Assembly: GCA_964645485.1 (NCBI GenBank) | Contig: CAZXZO010000018.1 | Coordinates: 5,778-17,622, forward strand | Direction: 5' to 3' | DNA length: 11,845 bases | Source of the DNA: an uncultured Candidatus Poseidoniales archaeon | GTDB lineage: Archaea > Thermoplasmatota > Poseidoniia > Poseidoniales > Thalassarchaeaceae | Shown: one piece after another, positions 1-9,043 of the stretch | How positions within the stretch are numbered: the stretch's first letter is position 1 | Layout of the letters: each line of letters begins with the position of its first letter | The notes under the pieces: model-generated | What the model was told of the DNA's origin: nothing | Database searches by the model: none | The model's input: only the letters and a program-made list of their open reading frames with translations | Translations under genes and position numbers: made by a program

Positions 1-2
1 CT

Positions 3-89
3 GGTGACCCTGGATATGGTCAAGCATTTATTGCCATTGTTTGGTTAATTGGTGTGTGGTTCATCAAATCAAAAATAAAAACTCGATAA
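3..89 (+). CDS. 3' end of a membrane protein gene (partial, starts before the window)
   Basis: Manual translation of frame 3 gives GDPGYGQAFIAIVWLIGVWFIKSKIKTR* (TAA 87-89): a hydrophobic helix plus basic tail, convergent with the next gene. Confidence 0.6.
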   Translation, partial: GDPGYGQAFIAIVWLIGVWFIKSKIKTR

Positions 90-96
90 AATGATG

Positions 97-498
97 TTAT
101 CCACTCTCAGATAGTGTTACAGAATGAAGAGACGACGATTTTGAATCTCTGAAATATGACCAAATTACGAAAGGTAGGCTCCAGAAAGCGCCCCCTACTG
201 CTGCTATTGGAATCAATACTAGCCACTCGGGTCCCATGTCTGGTCCACCAGAGACTGCTCCCCAGACTGGAATATTGAATGTTAGAAATGCAATGGGAAT
301 CAGTTGGACTAGGCTGACCTCGTTCGGTTTGACTCGCTTAAGAATGAAGGGTGGAATGAGAATCACTGCAAGGAGTGAAATCATTGCAAATACGAAATCA
401 ACATCGTCAGTCACACCACTGATAACGTTGAGAATCATCAGAACAGCCATCATTGCGCCGTTCATTGCACCAAATAGTGGGATGTTTTTCCAGGTCAT
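97..498 (-). CDS. Hypothetical integral membrane protein (~4 TM helices)
   Basis: 133-aa ORF with about four hydrophobic segments; starts 7 bp after the purH stop, so probably co-transcribed. No recognised family. Confidence 0.75.
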   Translation of the reverse strand: MTWKNIPLFGAMNGAMMAVLMILNVISGVTDDVDFVFAMISLLAVILIPPFILKRVKPNEVSLVQLIPIAFLTFNIPVWGAVSGGPDMGPEWLVLIPIAAVGGAFWSLPFVIWSYFRDSKSSSLHSVTLSESG

Positions 499-505
499 GT
501 AATCA

Positions 506-2167
506 CTAGTGCCTGAACAATCGTATGCCCGTGAACAACATAGTCATACCATGCTCATCAGCAGCATCAATTACTTCTTGGTCACGTATCGAACCACCCG
601 GTTGAACTACGCTGGTTATTCCTATCTCATGTGAGGTATCAATGCCATCTCTGAATGGGAAAAATGCGTCTGAAACCATCATTGCCCCTGTTGCTCGCTC
701 ACCGGCACGACGGGCTGCAATTCTGACTGCTTCGACTCTACTGGTTTGTCCTGGGCCAATACCAACTGTTGCGAATCCTGTAGTACTGGGCTGAACAAAC
801 ACAACACAATTTGATTTCACTTGAGCGCATACCGTTACACCAAATCTTGCTAAATCGATTTGACCCTCGTCTGCTGATTTTTTGGTCACTGATTTGACCT
901 CTGACCAATTGATTTGAGGGGCTCCTTCTTCTTGTGCTAACCAGCCACCATCAATTTGTCTCCATCGTAATTCTGGATTTAGCGGGGTGAAATTATCAAA
1001 AGTTAACATACGGCGGTTCTTTTTTCCTGACAAAATCTCCAAGGCTGAATTTTCAAATCCTGGAGCGATTATACATTCAACAAAATGACCGCCGATTGCT
1101 TCGGCTACCTCATCAGTCACTACTTGATTGAAAGCAATTACACAACCGAAAGCGGATTCCGGGTCGCTAGCAAGCGCATCATTCCAAGCATCTACTTGAT
1201 TGGTGGATATTGCAACACCACAAGCATTTGTGTGTTTAATGATTACACAGCAATGGGGCCATTGACTCCATTTATCACCACTTACTGAACGAGCAAAACG
1301 CAATGCCGCATCCAAATCAAGATAATTATTGAAAGATAATTCCTTCCCTCCATGTTGGTTTGCAGATGCCAGGCCTTCAGGCATTTCCCCAACCCGTGAC
1401 GCATCAAAAAATCCTGCCATTTGATGTGGGTTTTCCCCATATCTTAACCGATTCAACTGACCGCCCGAAATCAACAGTCTCGGGGGTAAATCACCTTCTA
1501 ATTCAACCCCTTCAAAACGTTCGGCCAAGGTTGTTGCTAGTGCCACATCATAGGCTGCTGTTCTCTGAAATGCCGTCAATGCAAGTCTTTGCCTCACATC
1601 TAATGGAACTGACTTTGGGTCACCATCTGTTTGTTGTAAATGTGCTAGAACTTCATCGTATTGACTAGGATCTGCCATCACTAGAATATCTGGATGGTTC
1701 TTTGCTGCAGCCCTAATCAATGTCGGACCGCCAATATCAACCATCTCAATCAATTCATCGATATCAACAGGCGGTTGCCGCGCAGCAACCTCCTCAAAAG
1801 GGTAGAGATTTACGACCACCATATCGATTCGGGGGTAACCAAGTTGGGCTAGGGTTTGTACATCATCCGGATTATTTCCTCGAGCAAGAATTGGTGCATG
1901 AATTGCTGGATGAAGTGTTTTGACTCTGCCATCAAAAACCTCTGGGTGTTCAGTGATAGAACTAACATCATCAACCGCTACACCAGACTCTCGTAATAAC
2001 CGAGCAGTACCTCCTGTACTCACTATTTTCCAACCCATCGCTTCCAAAGCAACGGCTAGAGCGGTAACTCCAGTTTTATCGTAAACACTGAGAAGGGCGC
2101 GCGGTGAATTATCACCGGTTTTATTGGGCACCTCAGAAGTAGTTCCGGGTTGATTAGACGTGCTCAT
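506..2167 (-). CDS. purH: Bifunctional AICAR transformylase / IMP cyclohydrolase (bacterial-type PurH)
   Basis: Motifs RALLSVYDKTG, STGGTA, GRVKTLHP, VVVNLYPF, DIGGPT, LRYGENPHQ, GKELSFNNYLD, KHTNACG, SDAFFPF, QPGGSIRD and C-terminal TGIRLFRH. ATG at 2167 preferred over TTG at 2170. Confidence 0.97.
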   Translation of the reverse strand: MSTSNQPGTTSEVPNKTGDNSPRALLSVYDKTGVTALAVALEAMGWKIVSTGGTARLLRESGVAVDDVSSITEHPEVFDGRVKTLHPAIHAPILARGNNPDDVQTLAQLGYPRIDMVVVNLYPFEEVAARQPPVDIDELIEMVDIGGPTLIRAAAKNHPDILVMADPSQYDEVLAHLQQTDGDPKSVPLDVRQRLALTAFQRTAAYDVALATTLAERFEGVELEGDLPPRLLISGGQLNRLRYGENPHQMAGFFDASRVGEMPEGLASANQHGGKELSFNNYLDLDAALRFARSVSGDKWSQWPHCCVIIKHTNACGVAISTNQVDAWNDALASDPESAFGCVIAFNQVVTDEVAEAIGGHFVECIIAPGFENSALEILSGKKNRRMLTFDNFTPLNPELRWRQIDGGWLAQEEGAPQINWSEVKSVTKKSADEGQIDLARFGVTVCAQVKSNCVVFVQPSTTGFATVGIGPGQTSRVEAVRIAARRAGERATGAMMVSDAFFPFRDGIDTSHEIGITSVVQPGGSIRDQEVIDAADEHGMTMLFTGIRLFRH

Positions 2168-2280
2168 CAATCGAACCCGTATTCATTCGACGGGGAAGCC
2201 GTTATTGAGTTTTGAGGCGATAATTAATTTCCTCTAAAACGAAAATGGTTGGTGTTTTAACATCAGATTGACGAGGTCAT

Positions 2281-3855
2281 TTAGTCACCTCTGGCACTGA
2301 TAACTTGATCACAGCGAAGAAGTGTGTTCGTTGTTTCAGTTGCGGCCATAATTCCATGAAGAATGCTTTCGGCCGGCTCAAGAACCTCTGACATTGAGGT
2401 GATTGAACCATCTGAACTAACTCCCGCGGCTACCATGTTTTCTCTAACTGCTGAACGAAGTTCAAGAAGTGCATCTAATGGATTAACACCAGAATTTGCC
2501 GCCAACATCCAAGGAATCATCTCAAGGGCCCGGCTGAAGGCATCCATGCCAAGTCGGCTTCTGTCAGCAATTTTTTCAGCCGCCTCTTTTACTGCTTTTG
2601 AAGCAACCATGTGAGATGCACCACCGCCAGGCAGGAGGGTGCCTTCATTGAGGGCTAGGCTAGTAGCCCTAAGGGCATCATACATTCCTCGAATTGTCTC
2701 TTCTGCACCCATTGCTCCGCCAACAAGGATTGTGACTAAAGGACCGGTGCATCCATCAAAGATAATTCTGTCTTGGACTTCATCCGTTGCTAACTTTCGT
2801 TGGGCTTCAAATCGACCAACTAGTCCAAGGTGCTCATTACCAAGGTCATCCAAGTGTTCGACTAATTTTGCCCCACTTGCTTGGGCTAAATGGGTTAACT
2901 GCTTCTGGTCAACATCATGGATTACCACTTTCCCGGCAGCGGCAAGTCTGTGGAGTACAATTCTATCAATATCACCACTAGCACAGATTATATCTGCGTC
3001 AGTCTCAATGATGTTATCAGCAATTTCTACCAATGTTTGTTCATGAATTGACATGAATTTTTGCAGATCTTCTGCTGATTGTAATTCGATTTCAGTATCT
3101 CTCTTTGTTTCTCTTTGCTTAATATCACAATTGAGAAGTGCCACTTTGGCATTCTCCTTGATTCCAGCCATTCTCTCCATTGGAATACGCTGGCGCCAAA
3201 ATACTCCAGTAACCATACGTGTGTCATTGATTGTGCTTTCTTCTAATTTGTCAAATAGCACATCTTCTGCTTCACAACGAATACCTGATTCTGATTCATG
3301 GGTCACATGAGCAAGTCCTTCCACTAACATTTTCGCAAACCGAGCATCAGAACCTGCTCCACGTCCGGTCAAAGATGTTGAAGCAACTTTTTGTAACATC
3401 TCAATATCTTCTGCTGAGCAATCAATTACATTTTCTTCAAGGGCTGAAACGGCTATCTCTGCAGCCATCAAATAGCCATCAACTACTGTAAGAGGATGCA
3501 CCCCTTTTCGAATCAATCTACCTGCTTCATCTAACAGCGCTCCAGCGAGAAGAACTGTTGAAGTCACACCATCTCCAATCGCTGATTCTTGAGCTTGTCC
3601 TAATGATACGAGAAGTTTGGCACCTGGATTTTTTATCAACAAATCGTTCAGAACTCTTGCACCATCAGATGTTACTGCGAATTCACCACTTGTTTTGTAC
3701 AATCCTTTGTCTAAACCCCGTGGCCCAAGTGTTCCACGAAGTATGGAAGCGAGGGTTTTTGCGGCATGAATTAACTTCTGAGTTACCTCTACACCAGATG
3801 TCACTGTTGTCTCTTGGCGAACTATCGGAACCGACCCTTGAGTACCTTCAGCCAT
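2281..3855 (-). CDS. Thermosome / group II chaperonin subunit (divergent paralog)
   Basis: TLGPRGLDK, TSDGA, GDGVTS (canonical GDGTT), helical-protrusion-like segment, YDAL, LPGGGA, ATETTNTLLRCDQVI; 524 aa. Confidence 0.93.
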   Translation of the reverse strand: MAEGTQGSVPIVRQETTVTSGVEVTQKLIHAAKTLASILRGTLGPRGLDKGLYKTSGEFAVTSDGARVLNDLLIKNPGAKLLVSLGQAQESAIGDGVTSTVLLAGALLDEAGRLIRKGVHPLTVVDGYLMAAEIAVSALEENVIDCSAEDIEMLQKVASTSLTGRGAGSDARFAKMLVEGLAHVTHESESGIRCEAEDVLFDKLEESTINDTRMVTGVFWRQRIPMERMAGIKENAKVALLNCDIKQRETKRDTEIELQSAEDLQKFMSIHEQTLVEIADNIIETDADIICASGDIDRIVLHRLAAAGKVVIHDVDQKQLTHLAQASGAKLVEHLDDLGNEHLGLVGRFEAQRKLATDEVQDRIIFDGCTGPLVTILVGGAMGAEETIRGMYDALRATSLALNEGTLLPGGGASHMVASKAVKEAAEKIADRSRLGMDAFSRALEMIPWMLAANSGVNPLDALLELRSAVRENMVAAGVSSDGSITSMSEVLEPAESILHGIMAATETTNTLLRCDQVISARGD

Positions 3856-3858
3856 GTT

Positions 3859-3865
3859 CCCACCT
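3859..3865 (-). promoter_or_regulatory. Putative Shine-Dalgarno AGGTGGG of the thermosome gene
   Basis: CCCACCT on + strand, 3 nt before the ATG; the same heptamer precedes the 5327-5662 gene. Confidence 0.5.
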
Positions 3866-3930
3866 AATTTGCCTGACCTGCGACCCCTTGATGAACCTTT
3901 GAGATTGTTGAGAGTGAGGAGTTTAGTGGG

Positions 3931-5316
3931 TTATCGACGTCTTCCCTTCCGTTTTGCCCTTCTATCTTTCTTGCTGCTGTAGGACTGTTCCCAGGCCCTT
4001 CCACCCATGCTTCGTTCAACATCCATATCATACGAACTTCGGAACTTATTTTCTGGTGCTCTGAAACCACGTGGTAAATCACGAGCTGATTTAATTGAAA
4101 ACTTGACTTCATATTGTTCTTCTAAATCCTTCACAGTTGAACCACCCTGGCCAACAAGAACGCCAATTGCTGATTCATCAGGATATACTTCTACGCTACC
4201 ACCAGAGAATTTTACATGATGGATTCTAATTCCAAAATCTTCTGAAAGACGGTCTTTGAGTTGGGCCGCAGCAAGGAGTTGCATTGGTGACATTTCATCA
4301 CCTGCTGCTTGACCATCTGCATCAACAATACAAATTTGTTCACCGAATGAGAAGATTTCATTCAGAACTTTGCCATCAGGGTATCTCTTCACTTGGATTA
4401 CCGGCCTTGCCAAATCAGATTGCATTCCAGAGGGAGCTTTGACTGTCATTGCTAATTGTAAAACCTCTCCGATTTTACCCTTTTCAACATGAATAACTGT
4501 TGTTAATATCTGGGCTAGAATTCCTAATTCAACTCTGCCAATCATTCGCTGAATCGCTTCTAGTGCTGAGGCAGAATGAGTTACCCCGAGCAAACCAAGA
4601 CCTGCTAATCGGCAATCGCCGAACACTTCGAAATCTTTGGTTTTACGAACTTCATCATAAACGATGAAATCAGGTCTTGCCAAAAATAAGATGTCCGCTG
4701 TCAATTCCATTGAACCGCGGGAGCGGTCATCTTCTGCAAGAGGAGCATATTGGGTTACTCTTTGTGGTAATTGTAAGTCTCTTGGGCTTTCCATTGTTTT
4801 GACTACTGCCCCTTTACCATCTAACCAGCGAGCAATTGCACTAGCCAGTGTTGATTTCCCTGAGCCGGGCATACCACTAACTAAAGTCCCTTGATTTTGT
4901 AGATCTGCAATCAATTTTACAAGGTTTTCATCTAAATTATAATCATCAAGATCTGGTTGGGCTACGGGACGAACAACAATCATTTCCCAACCATCAGAAA
5001 ATGGAGGCCATGAAATTGTTATTCGTAAATCACCAACTTGCATTACTTTACAACCATGACGATCAATTTCCACGAAGCAATCACTACGCGTCTCACTGTG
5101 TTGCTCAAGAGTCATTTCCAACCCTTGTGAAATCTCTTCAATAGCCGAACTGCTGAATTCCTCAATCTCAAGTTCGACGACTTCTAACTCGGTAATGTGG
5201 CCGCGTTTAACTCGTGGACGACAATCTGCTTTCAAAAAAACTGTGCTCACTGTGAGGTCTGAAAGTAAATTTTCCAGCGCATCTGGAATAGCGGGGTGGT
5301 CACCAAATTTTGCCAT
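3931..5316 (-). CDS. PINA-like P-loop ATPase (VirB11/PilT-like) with C-terminal KH domain, lacking the N-terminal PIN domain
   Basis: Walker A GMPGSGKS, KTMESPRDL, Walker B FIVYDEVR, GVTHS, KH motif IGVLVGQGGSTVKDLE, basic tail KKDRRAKRKGRRR; 461 aa. Confidence 0.88.
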   Translation of the reverse strand: MAKFGDHPAIPDALENLLSDLTVSTVFLKADCRPRVKRGHITELEVVELEIEEFSSSAIEEISQGLEMTLEQHSETRSDCFVEIDRHGCKVMQVGDLRITISWPPFSDGWEMIVVRPVAQPDLDDYNLDENLVKLIADLQNQGTLVSGMPGSGKSTLASAIARWLDGKGAVVKTMESPRDLQLPQRVTQYAPLAEDDRSRGSMELTADILFLARPDFIVYDEVRKTKDFEVFGDCRLAGLGLLGVTHSASALEAIQRMIGRVELGILAQILTTVIHVEKGKIGEVLQLAMTVKAPSGMQSDLARPVIQVKRYPDGKVLNEIFSFGEQICIVDADGQAAGDEMSPMQLLAAAQLKDRLSEDFGIRIHHVKFSGGSVEVYPDESAIGVLVGQGGSTVKDLEEQYEVKFSIKSARDLPRGFRAPENKFRSSYDMDVERSMGGRAWEQSYSSKKDRRAKRKGRRR

Positions 5317-5326
5317 GACTCTCTAC

Positions 5327-5662
5327 TCAGATGGGTTCCCCTTCAAAGTTAGTCATGCACCAATGCATGAATAATAGCGAAGTGAGTGTCATTGTAATTG
5401 CACCGAGAAAGGGGAAGCCAAACGTCGTTGACATTACAAAATACAAAATCACACCAGAGAGTGAAAGGAACAACATATTTCCAATTGTAGCCAAACGTAA
5501 ATCCAAGCCAGAAATAACTTCATTCCGATTCGCTATCAGCCACCAAATTAGCGCCGATATTCCGAGCAGTGTCACATAACCCACAATCATTCCAACTGTT
5601 TGACCAAGGGCTGAAACATAGAGGTCATATAGAGGGCCGAGCAAGGTTTGTGCTAGGTTCAT
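5327..5662 (-). CDS. Small hypothetical membrane protein (~3 TM)
   Basis: 111-aa hydrophobic ORF with an SD-like AGGTGGG; ends 10 bp before the ATPase start. Confidence 0.75.
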   Translation of the reverse strand: MNLAQTLLGPLYDLYVSALGQTVGMIVGYVTLLGISALIWWLIANRNEVISGLDLRLATIGNMLFLSLSGVILYFVMSTTFGFPFLGAITMTLTSLLFMHWCMTNFEGEPI

Positions 5663-5669
5663 GTGTTAG

Positions 5670-5676
5670 CCCACCT
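5670..5676 (-). promoter_or_regulatory. Putative Shine-Dalgarno AGGTGGG
   Basis: CCCACCT on + strand, 7 nt before the ATG at 5662. Confidence 0.5.
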
Positions 5677-5717
5677 GTGTCTGATTCTTGAATGCTCTCT
5701 CAATTTTTTTTCTAAAA

Positions 5718-6743
5718 TTACTCTCTGCCTGCTGCCTTAAGTGCTGAGGAAACCATTCCCACACCCTCTAAACCAACTTTTCCTGATGCAAAAGGAGTGT
5801 CATTATTTTCTCCGTTAACATGTGATATGAAAGCCCGCAACTCTGCTGTCAAACTTGGCTCACCTAGTGGTAATTCAATACGCTCACGTGGAGCCGCATC
5901 AAATCCGCCCCACTGCTGCCCATGGGCATTATTTGGATGGTGGTGAATCCAAAGTCCTGAGTGGTCAAGATAATCAATCGCCAAGGAAGCATCTTGACCG
6001 ATAATTCGTAATACCCTGACTTTACCTTGTATTCTGCTTCTCCATGAAACAGTTACAACTGCAGAAACACCGTTCAAATTAGCATCTGATTTGCTAGATG
6101 GTTGACTTGGGAAACCCATCTCAATGATTGCGTGGTCCTCTATTTTTGGATTATCTGAAGGTAAAGCAAGGCAGTTGATTGTACTTGGTTCAATATCACC
6201 CATCAAATCCTTCATGATGTCCATATCATGAATTGCTAATGCCGCAATGACTCCAATATCTGACCTTGGCTCTCTTACTGAAAGACGGTCGGATTCAATG
6301 TGAAGAATCTGGCCAAGGGTTCCGTCTGCAATGAGTTCTGCTGCCTTACGAACTGCTGCATGATATCTGAATAAATGACCTACCATCAATACTTGACCGG
6401 TCTTTTCAGCACAATCCAATACTTCTTTGGCCTGCTCTTCATTCATTGCTAATGGCTTTTCAACAAGAACATCAATTCCTTGCTCCATCAATGAAATTGC
6501 TAAGGGTGCGTGCTGAGGGGTTGGAGTGGCAATTGTTGCTGCACTTACACCTAATGATTTGAGGTCATTTGCATCTGTACACCATTCACAACCAAACTCT
6601 GTTGCCATGTTTTCAGCACGTTCTGAATCGACATCACAAACAACTAATTCTGAGATTAATCCACTGGATTTTAACGCAATCAAGGTTCGGACATGATTGC
6701 GCCCCCAGTAGCCGGTTCCCACTACTGCCATCTTCAAACTCAT
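5718..6743 (-). CDS. Gfo/Idh/MocA family NAD-dependent oxidoreductase (WbpB/WlbA-like candidate sugar 3-dehydrogenase)
   Basis: Rossmann start MAVVGTGYWGRNH, IATPTPQH, VLVEKP, VGHLFRYH, LAIHDMD. ATG at 6743 preferred over GTG at 6773. Substrate inferred from gene neighbours. Confidence 0.9.
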   Translation of the reverse strand: MSLKMAVVGTGYWGRNHVRTLIALKSSGLISELVVCDVDSERAENMATEFGCEWCTDANDLKSLGVSAATIATPTPQHAPLAISLMEQGIDVLVEKPLAMNEEQAKEVLDCAEKTGQVLMVGHLFRYHAAVRKAAELIADGTLGQILHIESDRLSVREPRSDIGVIAALAIHDMDIMKDLMGDIEPSTINCLALPSDNPKIEDHAIIEMGFPSQPSSKSDANLNGVSAVVTVSWRSRIQGKVRVLRIIGQDASLAIDYLDHSGLWIHHHPNNAHGQQWGGFDAAPRERIELPLGEPSLTAELRAFISHVNGENNDTPFASGKVGLEGVGMVSSALKAAGRE

Positions 6744-6844
6744 TGACCGGCCGACCCTACACCCCTCTTTCACGCTACCGGAATTTTCACCTAATGGCTC
6801 ATGATAGCGGTTTGTCTGATATAGGGTATGCAGAATCGGATATC

Positions 6845-8104
6845 ATGGTGGGGCTGTTAATAGCCGCTGTTCGGGATCTCGACCCACCCGCAGGTGGGGC
6901 AGAGATGAGTCTTGCAACTCTACTCAATGGAGTGTGTGAGCCTGGCCCACTTCCAGAAGCAGATGTCCTCTTTATTCCAAGCCGGGATACACCACATACA
7001 GACCCAGCACTTCTCGAACAAGCGTGGCGAGTAACTATTTTTCAATCAGATGCCAGAGGTGATGCAACGGCTCTCACTTCAAATTCAGAATTAGAAAGGA
7101 AAGTTATCAATCTTGAAATTGAAGATAGGTGGTCTGGTCTTGCTTGGCGATTGCGTGGCAAAAGTGGGCAACCAAACTCTCTGTTCCAACGCCAACACCT
7201 GAAAAAGAGTAACAAAAAGTTTGCCAAATTATTGAAAGAGAAAATCGCTGCAACTAAAGCAGAAGCGAAAAGAAGTGGGCTACCTGTCATTGGTATCACT
7301 CAATTACATTGGTCTGCAGGCGCAGCGGAAGTATTCAAAGAATTGAATATCCCGTATTTGGTCTTCGTAAGAGATGAACTGCAATTCATCCAATCCGACC
7401 TCTACCGCTCAAGTTTAGAGGGCGCGGCTGCAGTGTGTTGTGCTGGAGAAGGATTGGGGCAACAAGTTGCCAACACATTCAATGTAAAAGCAATCAAAAA
7501 TGTTCGACTTCCAGTAGATTTCGCTAGTAGATTTGGGACAATTGAAGAAATTGAAACAACTAGAGCATCAGGGCTTTCAAATCGTATTAAAAATAATGAT
7601 ATTGATATCCCACGAATTGCGATTGTTGGGGTGACCCCTGAGAAAGGATATGAGTTCTATCAAGGTCTTTTACCTCATCTTGCAAATTGTTGGCCAGAAG
7701 CAAGGGTTGACGTTTACGGAGGGGGTGCTTATGCGGAAGAATTGGGTGAATTTGACAATACCACATGGCATGGACACACACCAGTTAGTGAGGTCTTTAG
7801 CCGCTGTGATGTCCACCTTCTTACAGTGGCTTCAACGGGTTCTTGGGGTCGAGTAATTAACGAGGCTGGGTTGTTTGGAGTTCCGTCGGTTTCAATATCA
7901 ATAGGTAGCCAACCTGAAGCAGTTGGAGAAGGAGGGATTATTGTAGACCAAGTGGCTGACCTTGATGCTTGGGTACACGCCTTGCGTACCACATACACGA
8001 AGAGGGAACAGTTGGGTGAATTAGCGAGGAAACATTGTGGAATTGTTGACCATCGCCGCTCCATTGCAGCGTTCCGCTCTGTCATCAAAGAATTTTCATC
8101 GTGA
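6845..8104 (+). CDS. Glycosyltransferase, GT-B fold, GT4-like
   Basis: N-terminal LLIAAVRDLDPPAGGAEMSL resembles the GT4 GGAE motif; C-terminal KG..., DVHLL, GSWGRVINEAGLFGVP, GSQPEAVG. Likely start 6845 (or 6794); the ORF-track start at 6569 would overlap the opposite-strand gene. Confidence 0.8.
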   Translation: MVGLLIAAVRDLDPPAGGAEMSLATLLNGVCEPGPLPEADVLFIPSRDTPHTDPALLEQAWRVTIFQSDARGDATALTSNSELERKVINLEIEDRWSGLAWRLRGKSGQPNSLFQRQHLKKSNKKFAKLLKEKIAATKAEAKRSGLPVIGITQLHWSAGAAEVFKELNIPYLVFVRDELQFIQSDLYRSSLEGAAAVCCAGEGLGQQVANTFNVKAIKNVRLPVDFASRFGTIEEIETTRASGLSNRIKNNDIDIPRIAIVGVTPEKGYEFYQGLLPHLANCWPEARVDVYGGGAYAEELGEFDNTTWHGHTPVSEVFSRCDVHLLTVASTGSWGRVINEAGLFGVPSVSISIGSQPEAVGEGGIIVDQVADLDAWVHALRTTYTKREQLGELARKHCGIVDHRRSIAAFRSVIKEFSS

Positions 8105-8108
8105 TTAA

Positions 8109-9026
8109 ATGGCTTACACAGATGTTACCCTTGATGATGCGTCTGAAATAACATCACAAGCAAATTTGTCCCGAGTTAACCAAATAGAACACCTATCAGG
8201 TGGATGGGCGAATTCAAACTATCTTCTTCATCTCAGTGATGAATCAAAAGTGGTTTTGAAAATATGGAACGAACGCACACCAAAACAAGTTGAAGAATTG
8301 TTAGTGATCACGTCTTGGCTAGTCAAAGAAGGGGTACCAACACCCGCGCCAATCAGATTCAACAACAATGAATTAATGATTATCAAAAATGGTTTGGCTT
8401 GGACACTATTGCCATATGTGGAAAGTAAATGGTTAGAATCTGATGAAAAATCGCTGTTTACCCTAGGTTGTTCTCAGGCCAAACTTCACGCTACCAATCC
8501 CCCACCAACACTTGGAACTGATTTCTCGATGGGGTTTTCTCTCTTTGAAAAGTTGTTTAAACACGCTGAAGAAAATGAACAATGGACTGATTTTCTTGTA
8601 ATGTTGAAAAACCAATATGATGGGTTGAAAATGGTTAGGTTTGATGAACTTCCTTCGGGAGTTATTCATGGTGACTTGTTCTCGGATAATGTGCTTGGTG
8701 GTCCAGAAAAAATTGATGCTATACTAGATTTTGAAGAGGTGTGTATAGGACCTTTTGCTTTTGATTTGGTGATGACATTTGTTGGCTTTGGTTGGCAAGA
8801 TGGAAAACCAATTTCAAACCGGTGGCAAGCAATACTTTCAGGATATGAAACGGTGAGAAAACTCGAACCGATAGAAGAGGAGTCATTAGAAAAATTACAT
8901 ACATTTGCAACTTTGTCAATTGCTGCATGGAGGTATTGGCAATTTGTAATAAATATGCCACATACAGAACACACAAATAGGTATGTTGAGATGGTTGAGA
9001 GACTAAACAAAACCCTTCCATTTTGA
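8109..9026 (+). CDS. APH/choline-kinase-family phosphotransferase (type II homoserine kinase-like)
   Basis: SGGWANSNY loop, VLKIW lysine, catalytic IHGDLFSDNVL, metal-binding LDFEE; 4 bp after the GT stop. Confidence 0.85.
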   Translation: MAYTDVTLDDASEITSQANLSRVNQIEHLSGGWANSNYLLHLSDESKVVLKIWNERTPKQVEELLVITSWLVKEGVPTPAPIRFNNNELMIIKNGLAWTLLPYVESKWLESDEKSLFTLGCSQAKLHATNPPPTLGTDFSMGFSLFEKLFKHAEENEQWTDFLVMLKNQYDGLKMVRFDELPSGVIHGDLFSDNVLGGPEKIDAILDFEEVCIGPFAFDLVMTFVGFGWQDGKPISNRWQAILSGYETVRKLEPIEEESLEKLHTFATLSIAAWRYWQFVINMPHTEHTNRYVEMVERLNKTLPF

Positions 9027-9043
9027 ATTGGGGTACCTGTTGG

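Noticed and set aside
2171-2195. Alternative hairpins (CCCGT/ACGGG versus TCGAA/TTCGA) in the purH leader; possible ZTP riboswitch
   Set aside because: Stems are only 5 bp, the leader is short, and no recognisable ZTP (pfl) consensus is present.
236-4894. Plus-strand ORFs antisense to the membrane gene, purH, thermosome and ATPase (e.g. 236-502, 1360-1668, 2639-3046, 3558-3902, 4664-4894), and short out-of-frame minus-strand ORFs (3027-3227, 3864-4112)
   Set aside because: Shadow ORFs that lie wholly or largely within well-supported genes and have no recognisable motifs.
6569-6844. N-terminal extension of the GT ORF in the ORF track
   Set aside because: It overlaps the divergent oxidoreductase gene and reads as non-protein-like; the GT4-like N-terminal motif starts at 6845.
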